From an uncultured Steroidobacteraceae bacterium (GTDB lineage: Bacteria; Pseudomonadota; Gammaproteobacteria; Steroidobacterales; Steroidobacteraceae), in the NCBI GenBank assembly GCA_964488605.1, contig CAZAWM010000001.1, positions 1 to 39,797 on the forward strand: 39,797 bases of DNA, written 5' to 3'. Positions within the stretch are counted from its first letter, which is position 1. Every line of letters starts with the position of its first letter. A program made the translations under genes and the position numbers. The notes below the pieces were generated by a model. The model saw nothing but the letters and a program-made list of their open reading frames with translations. It was not told the origin of the DNA and ran no database searches. Shown piece by piece: positions 22,976 through 31,852 of the stretch.

Positions 22976-23973
22976 CGCTCGGCGCCAATCAGGACGATCG
23001 TGCGGCCCGTCACCGAGCCCTCGAGGTAGGCGTCGAACGCGCCTGGCAGGTCGTCGAACGCGATCGTGCGCGTCGCGATCCGGTCGAGGTGGCGCGGCCT
23101 GAGGTCGGTCGAGATTCGCTCCCAGACTTTCAGTCGGAGCTCGCGGAGCGTCGCCGACGAGTTGATGCCGAGCAGGTTCACGCCGCGCAGGATGAACGGC
23201 ATCACCGTCGTATGCAGTTCCGCGCCGCCCGCGAGGCCAACGCTGGCGATGTTGCCCCAGAAGTCGACCGTGCGCGTGAGCCAGGCCAGCATCTCGCCGC
23301 CGACGTTGTCGATCGCGCCCGCGAAGCGCGCCGTCTCGAGCGGCCGCTTGCCGAAATCGATCTCCGGGCGCAGCAGCACACGCGATGCGCCAAGCGCCCG
23401 CAGGTAGTCGGCCGCCTCGGCCTTGCCGCTGACCGCGACCACCTCGTAACCGCGCCCGGCGAGCATGTCGATCGCGAGGCTGCCGACGCCGCCCGTCGCG
23501 CCCGTTACGACGATCGGACCTTTCGCCGGCGTCTGGCCGTTATGCTCCATTCGATGGATCGCGAGCGCGGCCGTAAAGCCCGCCGTACCCAGCGACATCG
23601 CCTTGAACGCATCGAGCCCCGGCGGCATCGGGATCACCCACTCGCCGCTCAAGCGCGCGTACTCGGCATAGCCGCCGTCGTGGGTCTCGGACAGTCCGCA
23701 GCCCGTCACGAGCACCGCATCGCCCGGCCGATAGCGCGGATCGCTCGAGGATTCGACCACGCCTGCGAGGTCGATGCCGCCCACCAGAGGATAGCGACGC
23801 AGGATCCGGCCCGCACCCGTCGCCGCCAGCGCGTCCTTGTAGTTGATGTCGCTGTACTGCACGCGCACGACGACCTCGCCCGACCCCAGGTCGTCGAGCG
23901 TGAGCTGCTCGAACTTCGCGACGATCTTGCGATCGATCTCGTGGATGCGGAAGGCTTTGAAAGGCTGCTGCAT
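22972..23973 (-). CDS. acuI: AcuI/YhdH-family NADPH-dependent acrylyl-CoA reductase (MDR superfamily)
   Basis: Trimmed to MQQPFKAFRI..., with GGAG 7 nt upstream. Similar along its whole length to E. coli YhdH from memory (SDINYKDALA, TAGFTAALAI, VVTGATGGVGS, TVMPFILRGV). Confidence 0.85.
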   Translation of the reverse strand: MQQPFKAFRIHEIDRKIVAKFEQLTLDDLGSGEVVVRVQYSDINYKDALAATGAGRILRRYPLVGGIDLAGVVESSSDPRYRPGDAVLVTGCGLSETHDGGYAEYARLSGEWVIPMPPGLDAFKAMSLGTAGFTAALAIHRMEHNGQTPAKGPIVVTGATGGVGSLAIDMLAGRGYEVVAVSGKAEAADYLRALGASRVLLRPEIDFGKRPLETARFAGAIDNVGGEMLAWLTRTVDFWGNIASVGLAGGAELHTTVMPFILRGVNLLGINSSATLRELRLKVWERISTDLRPRHLDRIATRTIAFDDLPGAFDAYLEGSVTGRTIVLIGAER

Positions 23974-24255
23974 GGGGCGCTCCGACGCCGAAGCCAGAAT
24001 CGTGCGCGGCCCGGCGCGGTCGATCAAGAGAGAGGCCGACGATCACCGGCCAGAGCCCGCGAGACGATGCCCTGCACATCCAGTTCATCGCCGCCGCGCG
24101 ACGCTGCCCTGCAGCGATGCCCGCCGGCGGACCCTTGATCGGCATTCCGGTCGAGCGGGGCGTCGTGCGCTAGCGATGGCGGGCGCGAGCCCCAGCGAGG
24201 GATTCGCGGCGTCCCGGCTCGGCCGGTAGTCAGCGCAGGCGTGCGGCGGATGAGC

Positions 24256-25227
24256 TCAGCGACCGCGCGGCGTCCGCGTGCGTTCGAGCCAGGCGATCAG
24301 TCCATCTGCGTTGAGCCTGAGGTCGAGCCCGAGGATCTCCTCGATGCGCCGCTCGGGCTCGGCCACGCCGTGTGCGCTCGCCAGCTCGAGCCAGAGCGCG
24401 CGTATCGCCTCGATGATGCGGTGGCGACACTCGGCACGATCGGGCCAGGCGGCCGCGGCGGCCGACTCGGCCGCGGCGACCATCGCCTCGATCTGCCGGC
24501 GCAGCGACGCGGCGAGTCTCGGCACGTCGGTGACGCGGCTGTAATGGGTCAGGTAGAGCGATTCGGGCTCGAGCCCGCAGATACGGTCGATCGAGGCGAG
24601 CAGCTGTGCCGGGTCGAACTGCGTCGGCGACGTCGTCGGGACGACGAATGCGCGGCCGTCGACGTCGAACTCGCGGTACGACAGACCGAACGTGTCGCCG
24701 GTGAATACAAGCGAATGGACACGATCGACGATCGCCTGATGATGCAGCGCATGCCCCGGCGTATGGAGGCACTCGAGCGTGCGCGCGCCGAGCTCGAACC
24801 GCTGACCATCGGCTGCGGCGACGATGCGCTCCGCCGCGATCGGCACGAGGTCGCCGTAGAGATCGCGGTAGGCCTGTTCGCCGTAGACCGCGAGCGACGC
24901 CGCGATCAGCTTGCCCGGGTCGGCCATGTGCGGCGCACCGCGCGGGTGGATCACGGCACGCGCGTTTGGCAGCGCCCGCATCAGACTGCCGGCGCCGCCG
25001 GCGTGGTCGAGGTGCACGTGCGTGAGAAATAGCCAGTCGACGGCCTCGGGCGCGACGCCCAGTGTCTCGAGGGCCTCGAGCAGCATCGGCACCGAGTGGT
25101 TGGTGCCGCTGTCGACGAAGGCCGCGCGACCCGAGTCGACGATCACGTGCGCGGCATCGAGCCGCGGTCGCACGTAATGCGTGTCGACCGCGGTGATACC
25201 GGCGGGCTGGCGGATCAGGTCGGCCAT
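24256..25227 (-). CDS. MBL-fold metallo-hydrolase
   Basis: 323 aa. Contains the HxHxDH motif THVHLDHAGG, plus downstream His/Asp ligands (HTPGHALHH). Confidence 0.85.
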   Translation of the reverse strand: MADLIRQPAGITAVDTHYVRPRLDAAHVIVDSGRAAFVDSGTNHSVPMLLEALETLGVAPEAVDWLFLTHVHLDHAGGAGSLMRALPNARAVIHPRGAPHMADPGKLIAASLAVYGEQAYRDLYGDLVPIAAERIVAAADGQRFELGARTLECLHTPGHALHHQAIVDRVHSLVFTGDTFGLSYREFDVDGRAFVVPTTSPTQFDPAQLLASIDRICGLEPESLYLTHYSRVTDVPRLAASLRRQIEAMVAAAESAAAAAWPDRAECRHRIIEAIRALWLELASAHGVAEPERRIEEILGLDLRLNADGLIAWLERTRTPRGR

Positions 25228-25276
25228 GAGGCGAGCGCCGTACGGCGCAGCCAGGGCATGGACGACCTCGCACCGC

Positions 25277-26062
25277 TCACAGTGCGGGGTCGGCCGCCAG
25301 CGCCGCGAACTCGCGCTCGAAGTCCTGCGGCAGCGCGCCGTCGCCGCTCAGGATCTCGAACGTCTTGCGCAAGGCGCTGCGCCGGCCAAGCGCCTCGACG
25401 CAGACGCGGGCGACGTCAGCGCGCGGGATACGGCCCGTCGATCTGTCGCCCTGGGAGAACTGCACGGCCTTCTGCCCGCCCGGTTCGTCGACGAGACCAC
25501 CCGGCCGCACGATCGTGTACGGCACGCCACTCGCGCGCAGCGCATTCTCGCCCTTGAACTTGGCGGCGAGGATCGGCCGCATGAACGCCACCGGGTAGTT
25601 CTCGGCCTTGGTCACGGCGGCCGAGGAGACGAGCACGAACTGCCTGACGCGCGCCTTCTTCGCGGCCCTGGCCATGTTGGCGACGCCGAGGTTGTCGATC
25701 TGCTCCGGACCGGCGTCGGGAGCCGCATTCAGGCCGCCGCTCGCGCCGACCGCCGAGATCACGTAGCGCGCGCCCTTGAATGCCTTGCGCAAGGAGTCCT
25801 CGTCGCGAACGTCGCCGACGACGACGTCGACGCCGGCCGGGAAGAGGCCTTGTGCCTTCGCGGCATCGCGCACCATCGCGCGCACGCGATAGTCGCGGCG
25901 GACAAGCTCGGCGACGACCTCCTTGCCGGTACGTCCGGTGGCACCGGCAACAACGACCAGATCGCCCGCCCTGGCCGTGGCCGGTGGCGCCGCGAGCAGC
26001 GCCGCGCCGACGGTCGCCGCGAGCGCCAGGGTCCTGAACATGGCTTGCCTGCGTTGAATCAT
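25277..26062 (-). CDS. NAD(P)-binding Rossmann protein (atypical SDR / NmrA-like) with an N-terminal signal-like peptide
   Basis: 261 aa. MIQRRQAMFRTLALAATVGAALLAAPPATARA is followed directly by the VVVAGATGRTGKEVV glycine-rich loop. ATGA overlap with the upstream lyase gene. Confidence 0.8.
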   Translation of the reverse strand: MIQRRQAMFRTLALAATVGAALLAAPPATARAGDLVVVAGATGRTGKEVVAELVRRDYRVRAMVRDAAKAQGLFPAGVDVVVGDVRDEDSLRKAFKGARYVISAVGASGGLNAAPDAGPEQIDNLGVANMARAAKKARVRQFVLVSSAAVTKAENYPVAFMRPILAAKFKGENALRASGVPYTIVRPGGLVDEPGGQKAVQFSQGDRSTGRIPRADVARVCVEALGRRSALRKTFEILSGDGALPQDFEREFAALAADPAL

Positions 26063-26943
26063 CTGCGTTCTCCCTTTTCCAGTACGTCCTTCCAGCGTTC
26101 CTCGAAAGCCCAGATCTCATCGAAGCCGATCATCCGGCAGAACGCGTCGAAACTGAACAGCGGTACATCGGGCGAGAGGCTGGTGCCGGTGGTCTTCAGA
26201 TGCTGTAGCGCGCGCTCCATCGCCGCCGAGGCAGCGAGCGCGTTCATGGCAGGCCAGATCGCGAGCGAATAGCCGAGAGCCTTGAGCTCCGCCGCCGGAC
26301 GGATCGGCGTCTGGCCACCGTCCGACATGTTGGCCATCATCGGCTTGCGGATGGTGGCGCAGGCGCGGCGCATCTCATCCTCGGATTGCAGCGCCTCGAT
26401 GAAAACGATGTCAGCGCCGGCCTCGGCATAAGCCTGGCCGCGCCGCACGGCCTCGTCGAAGCCGTGCCCCGAGCGCGCATCGGTGCGCGCGATCACGAGG
26501 AAGTCGCGCGACTTGCGCGAGGCGACCGCAACCCTGACCTTCGCGACCATGTCCTCGAGCGGAATCACGCGCCGGTAGGGCGTGTGACCGCACTTCTTCG
26601 GGAATTCCTGATCCTCGATCTGGATTGCGCTGACGCCGGCCGCCTCGTAACCGCGCACCGTGTGCTGCACGTTGAGCAGGCCGCCGAAGCCGGTGTCGGC
26701 ATCGGCGATGACGGGCGCACTCGACTTCTCGACCACCCTGGAGACGCGATCGAGCATGTCGGTGTAGGTCGCGAGTCCGGCGTCGGGCAGGCCGAGATAG
26801 GAGCCGGTGAGCCAGAAGCCGCTCGCATAGACGGCATCGAAGCCGACGCGCCGCACGAACAGCGTCGAGATCATGTCGAACACGCCGGGCGCAACGATGA
26901 ACTCGCCGCGCTCGAGCCTCTGCCGCAGCGCTGGATCAGCCAT
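26059..26943 (-). CDS. Isocitrate lyase / PEP mutase family protein (PrpB-like lyase)
   Basis: The track ORF (511 aa) is trimmed to MADPALRQRL..., giving 294 aa, with a perfect AGGAGG 5 nt upstream. Has the DADTGFGG motif and the catalytic loop EDQEFPKKCGH (KKCGH). Confidence 0.85.
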   Translation of the reverse strand: MADPALRQRLERGEFIVAPGVFDMISTLFVRRVGFDAVYASGFWLTGSYLGLPDAGLATYTDMLDRVSRVVEKSSAPVIADADTGFGGLLNVQHTVRGYEAAGVSAIQIEDQEFPKKCGHTPYRRVIPLEDMVAKVRVAVASRKSRDFLVIARTDARSGHGFDEAVRRGQAYAEAGADIVFIEALQSEDEMRRACATIRKPMMANMSDGGQTPIRPAAELKALGYSLAIWPAMNALAASAAMERALQHLKTTGTSLSPDVPLFSFDAFCRMIGFDEIWAFEERWKDVLEKGERR

Positions 26944-26977
26944 CCGACCCTCCTGGGTTTGCGGCAACATAGCAGAC

Positions 26978-28747
26978 ATGACCGACCGGTTCATGGACGC
27001 GGACGGCACCGAGTACGACGGTGTCGCGCCGGCGCTGCTCGACGCCGAGCCGGCACCGGGCGAACTCGCGCGACGGCGCGTGACGCGCTGGGCTGGCTGG
27101 CTCGCCGACGGCGCCATGCTGGTGCGTGCGCGTGCCGGACGCGCCTCGCAGCTGTTCCGGGTCGCCGCGCCGGGCGCGTCGCTCGAGCCGTTGACGCACC
27201 ACGAGCGCTCGATCAGCGCTGCCGCCTTGTCGCCGGATCGTACGCGCGTCGCCTTCGTGCTCGAGCGCCCCGAAGGGTCCCGCTTGTATGTGATGCAGCT
27301 GTCCGACCGTCGCGTGGATCGCATCGGCGGCGACGCGCTCGACTGCGCGAACCCGGTCTGGTCCGGCGATGGTCGGCGGCTCGCGTTCCGCGGCCGCCCC
27401 GCTCCGGGCGCCGATCTGACCATCCTGATTGCCGAGCCCGACTCCGCGCCGCGGCCTCTGCTGTCCGGACGCGCCGATGACGGCCGGCCGCGCGGCCTGC
27501 GTCCTCTCGGCTGGTCGCCCGACGATCGCGCGCTACTCGTCGCGGCCAATGGTGGAACCCCTGCGCTGCTGTCCGTCGACACGAGCGAAGGCAAGTCGAC
27601 ACCGGTACTGGCCGACCTCGAGCTCGACGGCGAGGCGCGCTTCGCGCCTGGTGGGCGCGCGCTCTATGCGCTCGCCCGCAGGACGGGCGGGACCGGCCGT
27701 GATCGCGAATCGTTGCGCCAGCTCCATTACATCGACTTCGCAAGCGGCGGTCGCCGCGTGCTCGCTGCCACCCTGCCATGGGACATCGAGCGCTTCGCGC
27801 TCAGCGCGGATGGACGGCAGGTCGCGATCAGCGCGCTCGCGGCGGGCTTCAACGTGTTGCGCGTGCTCGACCAGGCGAGCGGGGCGGTGCGCGAACCGCC
27901 GGGAATGGTCGTCGGCTTCATCGACGAGATCGGCTTCGATCACGACGGCAGCCGGCTCGCGCTGACGCTCGAAACGGCCGATTCGCCGGCCGACGCCTGG
28001 AGCTGGGATCTGCGCCGCCAGCTCACCACACGCTGGACCGCGGCGCCGCCGGGCCGCGCAGCGGCAGCGCTGTCCATTCCGCGCCGCGTGCAACTGCCCG
28101 GCTGGGACGCCGCCGGTGCGGGCCGCCGCAGGCTGCCGGGCTGGCTCCTGCGCCCGGACGCGGCGCGCGGCACGTCAGGCCGGCGGCCGGTCTGGCTCGC
28201 GCCGCGGCTCGGGACGATGACGCGCCTGCACCCGCGTTTCGACGCGCTGACGCAGCATGTCGTCAACGGACTCGGCTACGTCGCGCTGGCGCCCGACCTG
28301 CCGGCCGGCGCCAGCCGCGAGTCCCTGATCCGCGATCTCGGCGCGGTCCTCGTCTGGATCGGCCTGCAACCGGACCTCGACACGTCGCGCATCGTGCTCG
28401 CCGCCGCGGACGAGGCGGCGCCGCTGCTCCTGCCGGCGCTCACGCAGTACGGCGACCGGCTGCGCGGCGGCATTCAGCTACGCGGCGCGCCCCAGGCCCG
28501 TCCCGGCCCGCGCGGGACGCTGTTCACGCGCCCCGTGTTGATCGTGCACGGTCGCGACGACGTGCGCTGGGCTGGTACTGCAGGGACTCGGGCAACGGCC
28601 GAGTTGCGGTCGCTGGGCAACGAGGCGTGGCGCATCGCGCTGGCCACCGAGAGTGGTGAGCGCTGGGCGCGCCCCGAGAACGAGGAGCGCGCCGCGCAGG
28701 CGGTCGCCGCGTTCCTGCGGCGCTTCAACGCGCCGAGAGCCGCGTGA
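26978..28747 (+). CDS. S9 (prolyl oligopeptidase/DPP)-like protein: beta-propeller plus alpha/beta-hydrolase fold with an apparently degenerate catalytic triad
   Basis: Trimmed to MTDRFMDADG; the start is uncertain and there is no clear SD. The N-terminal part has TolB/propeller-like repeats (SPDRTRVAF, WSGDGRRLAF, WSPDDRALL, SADGRQVAI). The C-terminal part aligns to the S9 hydrolase domain, but the GxSxGG position reads LAAADEAAP and the GH position reads GERW. Confidence 0.7.
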   Translation: MTDRFMDADGTEYDGVAPALLDAEPAPGELARRRVTRWAGWLADGAMLVRARAGRASQLFRVAAPGASLEPLTHHERSISAAALSPDRTRVAFVLERPEGSRLYVMQLSDRRVDRIGGDALDCANPVWSGDGRRLAFRGRPAPGADLTILIAEPDSAPRPLLSGRADDGRPRGLRPLGWSPDDRALLVAANGGTPALLSVDTSEGKSTPVLADLELDGEARFAPGGRALYALARRTGGTGRDRESLRQLHYIDFASGGRRVLAATLPWDIERFALSADGRQVAISALAAGFNVLRVLDQASGAVREPPGMVVGFIDEIGFDHDGSRLALTLETADSPADAWSWDLRRQLTTRWTAAPPGRAAAALSIPRRVQLPGWDAAGAGRRRLPGWLLRPDAARGTSGRRPVWLAPRLGTMTRLHPRFDALTQHVVNGLGYVALAPDLPAGASRESLIRDLGAVLVWIGLQPDLDTSRIVLAAADEAAPLLLPALTQYGDRLRGGIQLRGAPQARPGPRGTLFTRPVLIVHGRDDVRWAGTAGTRATAELRSLGNEAWRIALATESGERWARPENEERAAQAVAAFLRRFNAPRAA

Positions 28748-29369
28748 CGCGCTTGCGCGAGGTTTCGAGGCCGGGCTGTGCGGCGTAATAGGCGGCGAGC
28801 GCCTTGATGTCGGCCTCGCTGAGCGCACCGACGAAACCCGCCATAACGGCGTTCTTGCGTCCGCCGCGCTTGTAGTCGAGCAGCGCGCGCTGAAGGTAAT
28901 CCTCGTGCTGACCGGCGAGTGTCGGATACTCGGGCGTGATGCCGACCCCGTCATTGCCATGGCAGGAAACGCAGACCGCCGCCGCCTCGGGCGCCGTGCC
29001 AACCGGCCTGGCATCGGGCTTCGATTGCACGGGCGTGCCTGCGAGGTAGGCCGCGACGTCGGCCATGTCCTGGTCCGACATGCTCACGGCCTGCGCGTGC
29101 ATCGTTGCATGACCGCGCTCCTGGTTTCGGTAGGCCTGAAGCGCGATCACGATGTACGAAGGGCTCTGGCCCGCGAGCTTCGGTACGCGGTAGTTCGGGT
29201 AGGTGTTCTTGTAGTTCGGGATGCCATGGCAGCCGAGGCAGGTGTAGCCGAGCCGCGCGCCCCGCGCAGCGTCGCCGGTCACTGCTGCGCTCTGGGCGGA
29301 CACCGCACCAGGCGCCGCCAGCACGGCCGCCGCGAGGAATGCAGAACCCCAACGCCCGAACATCGTCAT
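28725..29369 (-). CDS. Dihaem cytochrome c4
   Basis: Start moved to the ATG at 29369, with GGAG 5 nt upstream. Has a signal peptide and two CxxCH motifs (CLGCH, CVSCH). Its 3' end overlaps the convergent S9-like gene by 23 nt. Confidence 0.88.
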   Translation of the reverse strand: MTMFGRWGSAFLAAAVLAAPGAVSAQSAAVTGDAARGARLGYTCLGCHGIPNYKNTYPNYRVPKLAGQSPSYIVIALQAYRNQERGHATMHAQAVSMSDQDMADVAAYLAGTPVQSKPDARPVGTAPEAAAVCVSCHGNDGVGITPEYPTLAGQHEDYLQRALLDYKRGGRKNAVMAGFVGALSEADIKALAAYYAAQPGLETSRKRVTRLSAR

Positions 29370-29441
29370 ATCGGCTCCGAAACCGTTGAAAGCGCGCAAA
29401 AAACGGCGAAAGTCTACGGACTCGACCGCCGAATTGCCACT

Positions 29442-30545
29442 TCAGAGCTGCCGCGACTCCAAGACGGCCTCGTCGGCAATCCGCGTCCAGGACGCCACGC
29501 TCCGCTCGAATCTGCTGAACGACTCGTAGATCTTGCGGAACATCCGGTCACCGTCGGCGCGCTCCTCGACGACCTGGCGCGAGAGGTCGCGGAGCAGGCG
29601 CAGGACGTCGGGCGGGAACTGCCGAAGCTGCACCTTGTGCACGCGCACGAGCTGATCGAGCGCTTCGGGGCTGCGGGCATTGAATTCGGCCAGCATGCTG
29701 TCGTTGACGGCCTGAGCCGCCATCTCGACCATCGCCTGCAGATCGGGCGGCAGCGATTCGAACGCCTTGCGGTTGACCAGGCACTCGAGCGTCGAGCCCG
29801 GCTCGTGCCAGCCCGGGTAGTAGTAGTACTTCGCCGCCTTGTAGAGCCCGAAGGCAAGGTCGTTGTACGGCCCGATCCACTCGGCCGCGTCGATCGCGCC
29901 CGACTGCAGCGCGGTGAAGATCTCGCCGCCGGCCAGCGTCACGGGCGTGCCGCCCGCGCGGGCGATCACCTCGCCGCCGAGTCCCGGAATCCGCATCTTG
30001 AGGCCCTTGAGATCTGCGACCGAGCGGATTTCTTTGTTGAACCAGCCCCCCATCTGCGCACCGGTATTGCCGCAGGGCATCGGCAGGACGCCGAAAGGCG
30101 CATAAGCCTCGCGCCAGAGTTCGAGCCCACCCCCGTAGTAGAGCCAGGCGTTCATCTCGGTGGCCGTCAGGCCGAACGGGATCGACGAGAAGAACGACGC
30201 CGACTCGGTCTTGCCCTTCCAGTAGTAGGCGCCGGCGTGGCCGAGTTCGGCGGTGCCGCGCGAGACGGCGTCGAATACTTCGAATGCCGGCACGAGTTCG
30301 CCGGCACCGTAGACCTTGACCTTGATGCGTCCCGCGCTGCACTTGTCGATGAGTTCGGCGAAGCGCAGCGCGCCGGTGCCGAGGCCCGGGAAATTCGGCG
30401 GCCATGTGGTCACGAGCTTCCAGCGAAACTGCGGCGCGCCAGCCGCAGCGGTAGTCTGGCCCGCGCCACCGGCGGCACCCGGATCGCGCGCGCACGAGGC
30501 GGTAGCCGTCGCAGCCGCGGCGGTCAGAAAATGACGTCTCCTCAT
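29442..30545 (-). CDS. TRAP transporter substrate-binding protein (DctP family) with a twin-arginine signal
   Basis: 367 aa. [19 protein letters not shown] is a Tat-type signal. The body has the family-7 extracellular solute-binding pattern ([15 protein letters not shown]...). No dctQ or dctM gene is present in the window. Confidence 0.82.
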   Translation of the reverse strand: MRRRHFLTAAAATATASCARDPGAAGGAGQTTAAAGAPQFRWKLVTTWPPNFPGLGTGALRFAELIDKCSAGRIKVKVYGAGELVPAFEVFDAVSRGTAELGHAGAYYWKGKTESASFFSSIPFGLTATEMNAWLYYGGGLELWREAYAPFGVLPMPCGNTGAQMGGWFNKEIRSVADLKGLKMRIPGLGGEVIARAGGTPVTLAGGEIFTALQSGAIDAAEWIGPYNDLAFGLYKAAKYYYYPGWHEPGSTLECLVNRKAFESLPPDLQAMVEMAAQAVNDSMLAEFNARSPEALDQLVRVHKVQLRQFPPDVLRLLRDLSRQVVEERADGDRMFRKIYESFSRFERSVASWTRIADEAVLESRQL

Positions 30546-30571
30546 GGGCTCCCTCCTGCAGACAAACGTCT

Positions 30572-31036
30572 ATGATCGCATTGATCCAGCGCGTCGCGTG
30601 GGCGCGCGTCGAAGTCGCGGCCCAGGTGGTCGGCGCCATCGACCGCGGGCTGCTCGCGCTGATTGGCATCCGGCCTGACGACGATGCGGCGACGGCCGAT
30701 CGCCTGCTCGAGCGTGTGCTCGGCTACCGGGTGTTTCCGGATGATGCGGGACGCATGAACCGCTCGCTGACCGACGTCGCGGGCGGTCTGCTGCTCGTGC
30801 CGCAGTTCACGCTCGCCGCCGACACACGCAAGGGCACGCGCGCGAGCTTCACGACGGCCGCCGCCCCCTCCGTCGCCGCGCCGTTGTTCGCGCGGCTTCT
30901 CGCGGCGGCACGGGCCCGGCACGGCGGCCCGGTAGCCAGTGGCGAATTCGGCGCCGACATGCAGGTCTCGCTGCTCAATGACGGTCCCGTGACTTTCTGG
31001 CTCGAGAGCGGTCCAAGCAGTGGGCGGGGACGCTGA
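30572..31036 (+). CDS. dtd: D-aminoacyl-tRNA deacylase
   Basis: 154 aa. Begins MIALIQRV and carries [20 protein letters not shown] (GPVT motif). Confidence 0.92.
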   Translation: MIALIQRVAWARVEVAAQVVGAIDRGLLALIGIRPDDDAATADRLLERVLGYRVFPDDAGRMNRSLTDVAGGLLLVPQFTLAADTRKGTRASFTTAAAPSVAAPLFARLLAAARARHGGPVASGEFGADMQVSLLNDGPVTFWLESGPSSGRGR

Positions 31037-31149
31037 TCAGGTGCGGACTGTGACCGGATCGGCGTCGGCATGCCCATTGGTGCGTTGCATCATGGCCTTT
31101 TGGCCTATGATTCGGTCTGTCCTCCATCGTTGAGCAACCAGAGGTTCCC

Positions 31150-31398
31150 ATGGGCATCGGAATGCGCGAGCTCATCATCATTCTGCTGGTGGTACTGCTC
31201 GTGTTCGGCGCCAAGAAGCTACGCACGATCGGTAGCGACCTCGGCGCAGCCGTCAGGGGTTTCAAGAAGGGCATGTCCGAGGGCGAGGACGAAAAAGATC
31301 CCCTGAAGGCCCTCCAGCAGGACAAGCCCGACGCGGAATTCCCCGAGAGCGCCGCCAAGAAGTCGGCCGACACGACCCAGACCGACCGCAAGGCCTGA
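31150..31398 (+). CDS. tatA: Twin-arginine translocase subunit TatA
   Basis: 82 aa. TM helix followed by [14 protein letters not shown] and an amphipathic helix. GAGG RBS. Confidence 0.92.
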   Translation: MGIGMRELIIILLVVLLVFGAKKLRTIGSDLGAAVRGFKKGMSEGEDEKDPLKALQQDKPDAEFPESAAKKSADTTQTDRKA

Positions 31399-31411
31399 GA
31401 GGCCTCGCGCG

Positions 31412-31852
31412 ATGTTCGAGGTCGGCTTCAGCGAGATGCTGCTGATCCTGGCCCTCGCGCTGATCGTGCTGGGCCCGGAGAAGCTGCCGAAGCTCGCCGC
31501 GCAGGTGGGCCGCTGGATGGGTCGGGCCCGCAGCATGGCGCGCCAGTTCCGCGAACAGCTCGAAGAAGAAGCGATCCTCGAGGAGACCCGCCCGGCGCGC
31601 GACGTGGCCCCGGGCCACAGCGCGTCGACGGCGCCCGCATCCGTCGTGACTAGCGGTACTGCCACGTCGGCCAGCATGGCCACCCCCGGCGCCACGCCGA
31701 CCCATTCCGACCCCGCCGACAACGACACCCGCCACCAGGACTACGGCGGCGCCGCCTACGAGCCGCCGACGCCGCCCCCTGCAGCCGAGCCGGCCGCGAC
31801 GCCCGCGGCGGCGGTCGAACCGGTATCGGATCATGGCGGCCGAGGAGCCTGA
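31412..31852 (+). CDS. tatB: Twin-arginine translocase subunit TatB
   Basis: 146 aa. Begins MFEVGFSEMLLILALALIVLGPEKLPKLA. Confidence 0.9.
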   Translation: MFEVGFSEMLLILALALIVLGPEKLPKLAAQVGRWMGRARSMARQFREQLEEEAILEETRPARDVAPGHSASTAPASVVTSGTATSASMATPGATPTHSDPADNDTRHQDYGGAAYEPPTPPPAAEPAATPAAAVEPVSDHGGRGA

